The notes below the pieces were generated by a model. It was given only the letters and a program-made list of their open reading frames with translations, made no database searches and was not told the DNA's origin. Both the position numbers and the translations under genes were made by a program. From positions 74,586,001 to 74,650,000 of the forward strand of contig OX597815.1 in assembly GCA_951406725.2 (NCBI GenBank): DNA of 64,000 bases. The letters are read 5' to 3'. Below are positions 26,601-38,652 of this stretch, in pieces (position 1 is the first letter of the stretch; every line of letters starts with the position of its first letter). Origin of the DNA: Octopus vulgaris. Its lineage: Eukaryota.

Positions 26601-27930
26601 CTGTGTGGGTTTAGTACATAGTAGAAGGGGGTGTAAAAGCCTCGAAAACTTGCTCAAGACTTTCCAGCTTTCTGAGAGGTACTGACTGGATTTCCCTGAT
26701 GTGCCAGTGTGGACATGGAGTAACCACAGCAGGTCATCAAGATCGTATTTTGATAGAGTATTTGTTAGGTCAGAGAACCTTCCCTGAACAGCCGCACAAA
26801 GTGCTGCTGGAAAGCCGCACGCATCTACTCAGAACCGAGTAGCACACGTCCATCCTGATCTGTCAAAGACTTGATCATGGTTTTGTTTCCACATCGTCTC
26901 TACCGTTCAGGCCCATCGGACGGATTAAGTTCCTTCACGTTTTAGCGCACGAGCCTTTGCTCTGACAATGCACCCTTTGTGTTTCGTCTCAAAGAAATGG
27001 TCAAGGGGCATTCTTGCCGCCAACACGTCGGTTTTGATGCCTTTACTAATAGCCTCTTCTAGTTTGCTAACTAGTTCTCCTTCTAATTTCTTTCTATTGC
27101 TAAACAGAATATGAGTCGGTTGCAGGGGCTAAAATCAATGCCGACAAGTCGGTGGGATTATGATTGGGCACCTGGAGAGGCAGATCGATGCCGTTGGACG
27201 TTGGACTGGCAGACCAGTGAAACTACTCGGGATCTGCGATAAACTCTACATACACGGATGTGCTGTCATATGGGATTGTCCGAGGTGCTCGCAGAGCAGC
27301 AAAACCGTTCTGCATGCACTCGTTCAGTGTCTGGGCATTGCTGACTTGTGGAGTTATGTCCTGTCTGTCGTTCAAGTCTATAATGATTGCCTCGCCGCCC
27401 TTCTTTAATTGGGCTGGCAAAGCAGTTTTCCTTTGTCTGGTGGCTGTGGCGAAAGAGGTTATCTGGTTAACGAGGCTGAATGGAATGTGGACAGAAACTT
27501 TCCTTTTTGGTAAAGCCCTCATTGACTTTTTCAAGTTTTGCTTGAAAAGGAAAGTGAGGGTGGAGAGGGAGGTGCTGTCCTTGAGTGAATTTATGAAAAG
27601 GTGGGTGAAAGTTGCAAAAATGGCAAGAGTGGATGGTACCACTCTCAGTGTAGACCTGTGAGTCGGAAGAAAGAAGTTGGTGTGGGCTCTCGTCCTTGGT
27701 ACTCAGGGTGATCTTGGATGGTAGGGTTCCTTGATTATCTCTAGAAGTCCTCCTGAATCAGGAGGTTCCCATCACAACCTTTTTTCCCCTCTTTTTCTAG
27801 TCATATACTATGTATATTTCCCTTCTAATGTATACCGTGTATAATTTTTACTTTACCATTCCATTATATGTAACCCCACTACACTTTATGTTTATCCCCT
27901 CATCCTTTGCGCCCTCGTGGCAAATAAAAC
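23640..27930 (+). mobile_element. Rearranged Tx1/L1-clade LINE (ORF1 zinc knuckle, APE endonuclease, RT)
   Basis: CHKCGSVEH knuckle (23865-24089); APE ORF 24757-25317 (N..D, VAVYA, EDWN..D); RT motifs VRQGCPL and YTDDVT (~26270-26405); C-terminal CPRC..TVLHALVQC; AATAAA at ~27923. Stops and frameshifts throughout. Confidence 0.88.
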
Positions 27931-27934
27931 TACT

Positions 27935-29320
27935 TCAAGAACCCTACAAAGAATTTTTGTAGTTTCAAGGAATGCTGATTTTTGTAGGTGTTCCCTTCAC
28001 ACTTGCACCAATCTTTTCAGCTTCAAATCTACTCTCCTCATTGACCACAACCTCATAGTTGTTTATTTTTTTCTTCTTTCTCATCGATCCTGTTGTCACC
28101 GGGTCATGCTATGTCGATTATCATGTACATTCTTTCTTTTTTATTCACCACAACAATGTCCGGTTTCCGATATCTGATCAGGTGATCGCACTGGATCATT
28201 ACATCCCACAGGATTTTGCAATTCTCATTCTCAGTAACTCCTACGGTTTGCTCATACCACGTCTTTGCTCTTTGTAGGTCGTGATGTCAACAGAGCTCCC
28301 AATGGATCATTCTTGTCACATTGTCATGGCGTCTTTTCTATTCTTGTTGTGCCAATTTCGGGCATTCGCTAACGATGTGCCATACCGTTTCACTCCTCTC
28401 ACTACATATTCTGCTTCTGTCGCTGTCAGTAGTGTTGTCTATTCTGCACTTCACATAGTTGGTCCTTAACGCTTGTTCATGAGCTGCGCATATGAGTGCT
28501 TCTGTCTCTATCTTCAAGTCACTTCTTCTCATCCATAGCCACCGGTCCTCTGTATCTGTCTTGGCGTTCACATCTCTTGCGAACTGACCGTACATTTTTT
28601 CTCTTCCATACTGTTTCTTTTTTTGTGTTCATTTCTTCTTTAAATTTTTCTTTCATTACACAATTCTCGGTTTTAATGATTCTGGCTTTCTTCGTATGTT
28701 TCAACAATGGCTCCACGGCATTTTTTATATACCACCCTAAGCTGTTCTTTTTATATACCACCCTAAACTGTTTTTTATATACCCACCCCTTAGCTGTTTT
28801 TTTTAAGCTTAGGGTATTATTATTATTATTATTATTATCATCATCATCATCATCATCATCATTATTATTGAGTGAGAGATCAGTGTATGCCATCAAAGTG
28901 ACACTAGAGTAAAATATACTAGGCCTTATCATGCACAGTACAAAGATCAGTGGGGACAGGCAGTCCCCTTGGAAGATACCTCTCCTGATTTCTATTGTCC
29001 TTAGACTTCTTCCATATGCTATCAGTTCCGTCCTCCACTTCGCCATACTTTTTCCAAACAATCGCTCAATATTCGATGCAATACCAAATATATTCATACA
29101 TTCCATAATCCAGAATGTGGGATTATATCGCATGCCTTACAATAATCGATCCATCACATGGCTAAATTAGTTTTCCTCCTCTTGCAGTCTCTAAGTGTAG
29201 TTTTGTCTACCAGGAGTTGATCCTTGGCACCTCTGCACTTACATTTGCAACCCTTCTGCTCATGTGGCAGGACTTCATTTTTTTCCAGATGCCCGTATAC
29301 TGACTCTGTGATTATTCCAG
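27935..29320 (-). mobile_element. R4/Dong-like RLE non-LTR retrotransposon fragment (RT plus C-terminal zinc motif)
   Basis: IRRGIFQGDCLSPLIFVLCM and MYGQF...ETEALICAAHEQALRTNY...ETVWHIVSECPKLAQ; interrupted at ~28815-28920 by an (AAT)n-tailed repeat. Confidence 0.85.
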
Positions 29321-29398
29321 TCATTAATTACAAAATCGTATTAACCCCCTTTTATACGATGAAACAATACATAGTTTATGATCCTTTTTAAGAAGAGA

Positions 29399-29451
<53 letters not shown>

Positions 29452-29459
29452 ATATATAA

Positions 29460-30400
29460 TATAAATAATATATAAATATATGCATATATACATACCTACA
29501 TCTATATGTATATATACATGCATATATGGGTACAGGACATAAAAAAACGTTGAACACAATGAGGAACGCAAGCATAAAAACAAAAACATGGAAACAAACT
29601 ATTTTTCAAACAACGAAAGAACAGAGTACAAGACATACAACACAAGGAATATTCCCCCTCTTCAGTTGTCTCTCTTTCGTCTACTTCGCGTTTCGAAGGT
29701 AAGGACAAGACGCGACTTCGATGAAACAGTCCTTCCCGCAAAGCAAATTAAATAAAATTTGGGATTTTTTGCGAAGGGGTAAAAGTGGTAACAAGAACAG
29801 GACAATAAGAACAAAACAAGACAGTAAAAACAATAAAAGTAAAAACAGTAAAAGACAGGACAAGAAGAATAACAGTAAAAACAAACGATGAGGGCTATTA
29901 AGCCAAGACGATGGAAAAATTATTTTGAAAGCTTGAGAGAGACGGGATAAGCAAGTCTTATCTTGGTGAAGATAGCAGTCAGAAAGATGACTTCCCCCTG
30001 GTCACATGTCAGTGACGAGACAGTCGAGGAGGAAGAGGAGGAGTAACAGAGAGGGAACAGTGAAGGGGAGAGGAGAAGAATAGGGAAGGGTGTGAGAGAA
30101 AACCAGAAAGGATGAAGAACAAGAGAGGGAGAGAGATAGGTAGAAGAGTGCGCATCATAATTATTAAGATAAAAACTTACTTGGAAAAGGATGCGTGGCG
30201 TTCAATCATATAATAATATAAATAATATATAAATATATGTATATATTCAATCATATATGTACATACCTACATCTATATGTATATATACATGCATATATGG
30301 GTACAGGACATCAAAAAAGCGTTGAACACAATGAGGAACCGAAAACAAAAACAAAAACATGGAAACGAACTATTTTTCAAACAACGAAAGAACAAAGTTC
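29460..30400. mobile_element. Penelope-like element remnant with partial direct repeats (pLTR-like)
   Basis: A ~170-bp block (CATATATGGGTACAGGACAT...CAAACAACGAAAGAACA) occurs at ~29460-29620 and ~30215-30395, next to (TA)n. Confidence 0.55.
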
Positions 30401-30409
30401 ATACATACA

Positions 30410-30445
<36 letters not shown>

Positions 30446-30877
30446 TATATACACATATATATTATGCTGGCATGGGTTGGACGGTTTGACAGGAGCCGAC
30501 CTGGTAGAAGACTGTAACAGGCTACTGTGTATGTTTTGATATAGTTTTTACACCTGGATATCCTTCCTAACACCAACCACCCTGTAGTGGTACTAGCACC
30601 AGGAGGGTCACCAAGTAACTTGCAAGACAAGAAGGTTTGAGAGGAGAGGAGGCATTAGAGGAGGTGATCTTGTGTCAGATGATTAAAGATTAGAGTGTGA
30701 TAGAAAGACAGAGAGGCAGAAACAGGCGTCTTGCTATAGGGGAGGTACATGGTTACTTGGCCAAGAGAGAGAGAAAGAAATAGAGGGAGGGAGAGAGTTG
30801 TAATAAGAAAGAGGACAGAAACAGGTGTGCTGCTGTAGAGGAGACACATGGTTACTTAGCCAGAGGGAAGAGCAAGG

Positions 30878-30920
<43 letters not shown>

Positions 30921-32154
30921 CAAGAGAGAACAGGAGAAAGATAATGGTAAAGTGCCAGGGTATACTTATAATGAATGGGGTTCAACGCATAGATGATATG
31001 CTAGAGTAAGGAAGAGAGAGATAAATGATGGGCAATTGCCAGGGCTTGCCCGCAAGGTACGGAGACATAACAAACGTGACTTGGTGTTTCCAAGAAGGCG
31101 CGAGTAGGGAGTGCGGGTGGGAATTGCAGTGACTAGTGAGGACCTGGGTATAAAGAGGTGAAAACAGCGATACAGTGAGCAGGGCATTGAGGGCACGGAT
31201 GCGGAGTGGGAGAAAATCATAGCGTATGAAGAGGAAATATGAGGAAGAGAAAAGATGGATTTAACAAATCTGTTGATGCCCTCAAAAAGCTCCTTTAGTG
31301 AACCAGGGTACAAACCACTGAGTAAATTAAAACAAAAGGGTGTAATGTATAGTCCAATACAGTTGAAATCCATTAAATCCAATTAGCAATGATTATTTCA
31401 TTAGGAGTATATAAAATATAAAGGAAGACAGGAGGTAGGAGATGAATATATTTATTTCATTCTTAAGGTTACAACTGTTTCGCAGCCAACATCATAGAAA
31501 AATAATTTATTTTATTGTATAAATTACTTACATGTCTATATTAGTGCATATTTTATGAATTATATAGTACTATTGTAGAATTTGTTAAGGTAATGCAGCT
31601 TTCTCTCCCCGTATAATCTCATAAATTGCAAAATAGTATTATTTAATTCATAACATATGTAATGAAATATATTATTTTTTTGTGATGATGATTGCAAAAC
31701 GATTGTCATGATATAGATATATAACAGACATATCTGTCCCACACATACACTCTTTATATTTTGTATTTTGTGTGTATATATATTTATATATGTGATTATT
31801 TCGCTTAGGCATTGCGATACTAATAACCTCGTGTTAGAGCTCAATATACACATGCTTCAGAACGATGTATCAGCTGAGTGTAGATCAATAATCAGAAATT
31901 AGAATGAGAAAAGAATAAGAAATTATGTCCATGACTTCATTAGTTTACAGCTGTGAATGCTATAAGGCACAATACACTCATAGTTCAATGCTTGTGTGTC
32001 ACCCTACAACTTCATCAGAGCTTCATATTTAAAGCTGTAGGGTGATACGCAAGCATTCAACTATGAGACCATTGCATCTTATAGCTGAAACAGCTGTAAA
32101 GTAATGAAGTTCATGACAATTTATTATTCCTTTGTCATTCTAATACGTATATAA

Positions 32155-33150
32155 TCTAATGCTCTTAGTCTAGTTTTTCCTTGGGGCTGGCCAAATTGGA
32201 GCAATCTCGAGTATAACCAGCCGAAATTGCAAAGATAATCTGGAACTCAACTGAGGAAAGAAAACTCCAAATGACCCGTCCTTGTTTTCTTTGTATCGTT
32301 TGTCTGGATGTTTTGCGTTCTTGTCCCATTTTTGTATTTTTTATATATAAAAATATAGCGGCGTACGTACACTTTGGTCTCTTATATGTAAGTATATACA
32401 TATCTAAATTTTGTACGATTCTATTATTCTTTCTATTCTTTCATTATTTCCTTCTTTCTATCAGCCCTTTCACACTTACCTTGTTCATTCCACTCTTCGT
32501 TCTTTCGTTTCCCCTCTCTCACATTTCCTGGCCTTCTCTTCATGTTCACTTTCCCTCCTCTTTCACTTCACTCTGTCCCTTTCATTTTTTCTCGCCCCTC
32601 CTTAATTATTCTATCCCTCTGCCTCTATCTCTCTCTCTCTTCTCTCCCCACGTGACCAGTGTTCAGCCAAGCCTGACCTTTCTTGGTTCGACTACCATCC
32701 GTGCAATATCTACATTCCTCCCTGTGCCTGTCAAATATTATGTCCCTGCCGTAAGGCTTTACTTCTACACACGCCAGCTTAATTTAATTTGTTCTTAGTC
32801 GAAAGACACCTGTTGTTATGTCCTGTTATTTGCTGTATTTGTGTAACATTTCTCTGTTTTTTTTTTTGTTTTTTTTTCTGTCCTTGGTTTCGTATACATT
32901 CGCTGCTTTCTTCCAAGGAATCTAATGCTCTAAGCTTAGTTTTTCTTGGGGCTGGCCAGATTGGAGCAATCTCGAGTATAACCAGCCGAAATTACAAAGA
33001 TAATCTGGAACTCGACTGCGGAAAGAAGACTCCGAATGACCCATCCTTGTTTTCTTTGTATCGTCTGTCTGGATGTTTTGTTGTCCCTTTTTTGTATCAC
33101 TTAACTGTCTGGATGTTTTGCGTTCTTGTCCCATTTTTGTATTTATAATA
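32155..33150 (+). mobile_element. Penelope-like pLTR family (copies 32155-32345, 32885-33150, 39845-40110, inverted 44920-45200)
   Basis: Shared GGGGCTGGCCAGATTGGAGCAATCTCGAGTATAACCAGCCGAAATTGCAA block ending at (TA)n; the 39845 copy abuts a PLE RT fragment. Confidence 0.65.
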
Positions 33151-36100
33151 TATATAAATACACATATTTGGGATCAAAAACTGGAAGAAAGGAAGTCAAT
33201 GCCTGCTGTAGGGTTTATTTATTCATTCACTAATGATTCGCTACTCAGAATTTTGCAGTAGGTGTCATCCTCTAGATGGTAAGAAGATGATTTTCACACT
33301 CGAAAGCCGATACGTGGGCAGAAACCCTGTATAGTTACCGAATGTATCATTAACTTCGAACGATTGTGCGCGCGTGCGTGTGTGTGTACTTTCTGCTGTA
33401 GTAGTCATAACCAACATGATACATCAAAAGGTGATTAATCTTCCCACTGCTTCACTGGAAGGGGATATTGTGATGGTCAATGCATAAACACAATTAAAGG
33501 GAAAGTACATAAGCATAAGCTATAAGCCGAAAAGAAACCGATCTCTCCAATTATGAGATATTTATAGTAACTTAGTAGACAATGAATACAATACATCCTG
33601 GTGTATTGTTGTTGTATATCCTGTTATATGACTACTCTTATACCAACAATAGTACACTGAATATTGCTGAGGCTGCGCCTATGTATGAGGCAGGAAACCG
33701 TTTACGTAAATCCCGAACACGTAAGAACTCCAAGAACAAATAATTACTCATTCATTTAACAGATTCATCGATATGCGACTGGTATCAAATTATTGATCTT
33801 AAGCCTGAAACGATATATTTTTAAATAAAAAGCTGGCATTGGAGAACAGTGTAGCTCTGTGGCACTGTTAAACTGTTCAATCCATACCAGCATGGAAAGC
33901 AGACGTTAAATGCTGCTGCTGCTGATGATGATGATAGGTTTTGAAAGACTTCTTAAGGAAACGGTTTCAAATTTGAATGTGAGTGAAATTGCACCTGCTG
34001 ATGAAGGGTTTGTCATCTAAACTCTTCATGCTCGCTTGACGAGAAATAGCAGTCAGATCTTCCTTCAATCACGCACCAAACGTCTTAAAAGATTAAAAAA
34101 GGGTATATTGGTTAATGTAGTCCAGATACATCTAAAAATAAATAGATGATTACAGTTGGAACACTTTTGATTACAAGGTTTGATGGATCGGAGTTGACCT
34201 GGGGCTAAACATCAACAACATTCTCTTCCCTAGTTTGTGTTCTTTATAAAAATCTGAAGTACTTTCCGAATTGTCTAAAGGTGGAGAATATGTCTTTTAA
34301 TATTTAGTTTCGGATTAAGGCAGCGGGCTGGCAGAATATTAGGCACGCCGGCAAAATGCTTAGCGGCATTTCGCCTGTCTTTACCTCCACAGTTCAAATT
34401 CTGCTGAGGTCGACTTTACCTTTCATCTTTTCTGGGCCGATAAAATAAGTACCAGTTGAGCACCGGGGACGATGTAATCGACTTTTCCCCATCCCCGAAA
34501 ATTGCTGGCCTTGTACCAAAATTCGAAATTAATATGTAATCGACCCCCCCCCACACACACACACACAAAAATTGCTGGCTTTGTGCCAACATTCGGAATC
34601 CATATTTAGTTCCGGTTCTCGCATTTCAAGGGAGACAAATGGTACTGACACTAGCACTTCATGATGTGCATAGTCTAGACAGAACTCACGTGTTGTGGAA
34701 TCCATTCAGCTGTAAATAATTACCGCAGAGTAGGAGTAATAAGCTGCTCATAACATTCAATAACAGTACTGTAAAATGAATGCATGTTTCATTGGTTTCC
34801 ATTCCTGATTTCACTTCGTTTCTTCGGATATAACTTGAAGAAGAATGACCCAGCTAAACTGATTTACTCAAGGTACAATGGGTTAAGGAACTAACGTTTG
34901 CTTTAGCTTTTTAATTCTGAATTAAAATATCATCTGATTCAGTTTTGCTTTTGGTCTTTCCAAGCTAGGTAATATAAATATTTGCAATACAAGGTAAATG
35001 ATTAAGTCGTTTATACTCTACAAAAATCAAGGTTACATTTAGTGAAAGCAAAGTTAAAGACTTAAAGCAGACCTGGAGTCTGTTCGCGACTACATCGGTA
35101 CCTAAAACAATTAACGAAAGAGTGGTACATGTTATCAAGTCACACTTACTCGCAAGTAAAGGCTGCACCGTACTGTGATACAAACACAACAGATTGCCGT
35201 ATTTGTCGGCATATAAGATGCACCTCTAAATGCAAATTTAGTATGTTTCATCATACATTTACTGGAAAACATTTTAAAGTAGTTTTATCGAGAAAATGCA
35301 TGGTTCTGTGCATGTAAGTACAATATTGTGGCAGTATACTGAAATAAAGTATGAAATTTTTTCATAAATAAACATTATGGGAGTACAGTATCCCAGCTAT
35401 CTTTTCTTTCTAGTCAAGAGAACTGTCATAAAGGATGTAAAACTCGTATTTCTGGCTGTGATGTTTAATTTAACAGGTATTGGTCACCAGAGTGGTGCAC
35501 CATCGCTATGATTTTTTTGTCATCCACTTATTGAAATAGCTGACAGGCGGATGAAAGTTTGTTAACATTCTATTCATCTTTCTAGGAGAATTTTTCATTT
35601 AGATAATGAAAAAACGAAAAATAAAAGTTTCCTGAAGATAACAGTTTTTAGAAAAAGTAAGATATATCAGGTGTGGGTTATGTATATTAGGGAAGGTGAT
35701 ATGAGATTATATGGTGGCACCACGTAGCTGCCGACTAACTGTAAGCAAATTTTCGTATAATTGTGCTATCAGATTGTGATATTTTGGCTTGTTTTCAATA
35801 TTTTATTAGTGATAACAGTTTTTGTACCTAGCAGACTTTGGATCATCGGGTTCTCTAACCTACAGCATTTGGTTTCATTCTGTAACATGGCCACATTAGA
35901 CGCAGAGCAATCTTTGGAAATCCATTTCGTTTCCAGGCACAGTACTGATTTCCCGGCAACTAATATTCCGGCACCTCCTTAACCGGTGGTTACCAATCTG
36001 GTTCAATATGCGAGCACAGGTGGCATTGTGTACTTATTTGTGGCAGGCTGATATAGCTAAGAGAACTCAGAGCGTCAGTGTTAGTGTCAACTGTAAATAC

Positions 36101-36951
36101 TAATCCTTATCGATGCAAGATAAAGCAAAACTGTTGAAAACATTAGACCGTGGTATTTCAGCTCACCAGCTGTGCTTCATAGAGCATAGAAGTGTATAAC
36201 ACCTCCATGCTCTGGGTAATTAGTAGATTAGAGGGGTGTTGATGAATTGTCATTATGTGACCACAGATGGCTTAGCAAAATGGTTGATCTCTCAAAGGCT
36301 TTAGAACCAGGGGTACCAGAAAATCAGTGGTGTACCTGTATGACATCTGTTTCAAATGCTCTGATTCATTAACGGCGGGGGAAATATATAAAAAAGAATA
36401 TTTATAAGTGAACAACGGCGGCGAATTGGCAGAGTAGTTAGAGTGTTGGATAGAATGCCTTGCAGTATTTGTTACGACTCTCTGCACTCAAAGTTCGAAT
36501 CCCGCTGAAGACAACCTTACTTTTCATCATTTTGTGGTCGATAAAATGTTGTGAACCTTGGGCAATAAATCAGTGGAATTGCTAGAGGTTTGGATGAGAT
36601 GCCTTTTGGTATTTGTTGTAACTCTCTGCCGAGTTTAAATCTAGCCTCGGCCAACTTTGTCTTGCATTCTTTTAGAGTCAATAATAAAATTCTAATCCAT
36701 GGCAGTAGATTGCAGAACCGTTAGAAGATCAGATGAAATCCCTTAGAATGTCTGTTCCGGCTCTTTGAACTTTGACAGTAACGTCTGTGATAACACTTGT
36801 GCAAAGCTGTATCGGCCCAAGTCGGAACTAGACAATTGGGCGCTGCTGTTTGGATGTCGATGATTTGGCACGGCTGACTGACTATTCAGCCTGTTTTGGC
36901 GACAGTACTTTTTGGTACTAGAGACAAATTCATACACAGACATACGCACAC

Positions 36952-37016
<65 letters not shown>

Positions 37017-37953
37017 CTGAAATAAACATATATAGACAGAAAGATTGAATGTATGCGTGTGTGTGAAGGAGAGAGAGAGACAGGGAGAGAAAGAGAATGA
37101 AAGAAACATTAAAAGGTATGATGTAAAATAATCCAACGTCGAATCAGCGACGCCATAGAAATGGTGGCAAAACAGCTGTGCTAAAACGGCTGTCAAAACG
37201 TCTCATACCTTCCTCCCAAGTCGGCGACCTTTTCTTTGGATAAACGTCGGTGGTGTGGAGAAAGGAAACTTGCAAGCATTGTCGACTGCCAGTTTTCTTA
37301 AATTTTTTTTTGTCAAGACCTGCATGTACATATGCACATATACGGTCAATATCAACAGACGGAGCTGACTGTGTGTCTGTGTGTGTTCGTGTGATATTTA
37401 TATTTTATATTTTCTTTTTCTTGTTTCTGTAATTGGACTGTGGCCATGCAGGGGCACCGCCTTGAAGGGTTCTAGTCGAACAAATTGACTCCGGTATTTA
37501 TTGTTTCAAGCCGATCGGTCTTTTTTTTTTTTTGCTGAAGGGCTAAGCGTTGTAAACAAATTGCAGGGATGTAAACAAACGAACATCGGCTGTTAAGCGG
37601 TGACGGGCGCAAACACACAGAGACAAAAGCGTATACAGAAACAAAAACATATACACAAACACGCGTGTGCTCCCCCCCACCACCACCACAACACACACAC
37701 ACACACACAAACAAAACAGATACATACAAACATATATATCTGTTTGTTTTTATAATAACAACATTTTTACATGGGTTACTCTATATTTTTGTAGACTACA
37801 AATTTGTTATTCTTATATGAGAATGTAGTTGACAGTGACTGAGAAGTTTTAATCAGCTAAACCATCATTGGGCAGTCCAACGATTGCTTACCTGGCCGTA
37901 ACTTCGAAGTCGCTGTCAACAACATTCTTGTATAAGAATTATACAAGAACGTC

Positions 37954-38024
37954 AAAATGATGTGGACGCCTCTGATGAGAACCCAATAAGGTTCGAAAAT
38001 CCATTAAGGATGTTCATCATTTTT
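37954..38024 (+). ncRNA. Minimal type-I hammerhead ribozyme motif (copy 1)
   Basis: CCT-CTGATGA-GAACC(caataa)GGTTC-GAAA-at(cc)at-TA|AGG: intact core, 5-bp stem II, bulged stem I. Predicted cut after 38006. Confidence 0.72.
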
Positions 38025-38221
38025 TCAGTCTACAGAGAAATGGCAAAAGTTTGCCCTGTTTATAATTATACCATGTGAACTAAGATCCCTGTTGACAGGC
38101 CGCTGGTATTTATAGAGTGTTAAACACTTTCGGTATGAAAATTAGGGACTCTATTATAGAATAACTGCTGAATTTGTTGATTACATAAACAGTTTGGCTG
38201 CTTGTTTCTCTGGAGATTATC

Positions 38222-38292
38222 AAAATGGTGTGGCCACCTCTGATGAGAACCCAATAAGGTTCGAAAATCCATTAAGGTTGTTCATCATTTTT
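38222..38292 (+). ncRNA. Minimal type-I hammerhead ribozyme motif (copy 2)
   Basis: ACCT-CTGATGA-GAACC..GGTTC-GAAA-atccat-TA|AGGT; core identical to copy 1. Predicted cut after 38274. Confidence 0.72.
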
Positions 38293-38321
38293 CAGTCTGC
38301 GGAGAAATGGCCGTTTGCTTG

Positions 38322-38390
<69 letters not shown>

Positions 38391-38611
38391 GTATGCTGTC
38401 CGTGTTTATGTAGGTCCCGGGTTGAGTCGGGGTTAACCACAGTAAATAAGGTACTCAATACATAGCAGAGTAAATTAATTTATTTTATAGAAGGAGCTTC
38501 TACCGGACGAGAACTGTTTCATTCAAATGAAAACATCAGGAAGAGAATCACTCCTGATGATTTCATTTGAATGAAACAGTTCTCGTCTTGTAGAAGCTCC
38601 TTCTATAAAAT

Positions 38612-38649
<38 letters not shown>

Positions 38650-38652
<3 letters not shown>

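Noticed and set aside
30966-31382. 138-aa minus-strand ORF
   Set aside because: No recognisable domain or splice context; probably decayed retroelement sequence, but I cannot assign it.
33660-33990. CTGAGG...GAAA (~33667) and CTGATGA (~33948) hammerhead candidates
   Set aside because: Core or stems are incomplete, and I could not build a convincing fold.
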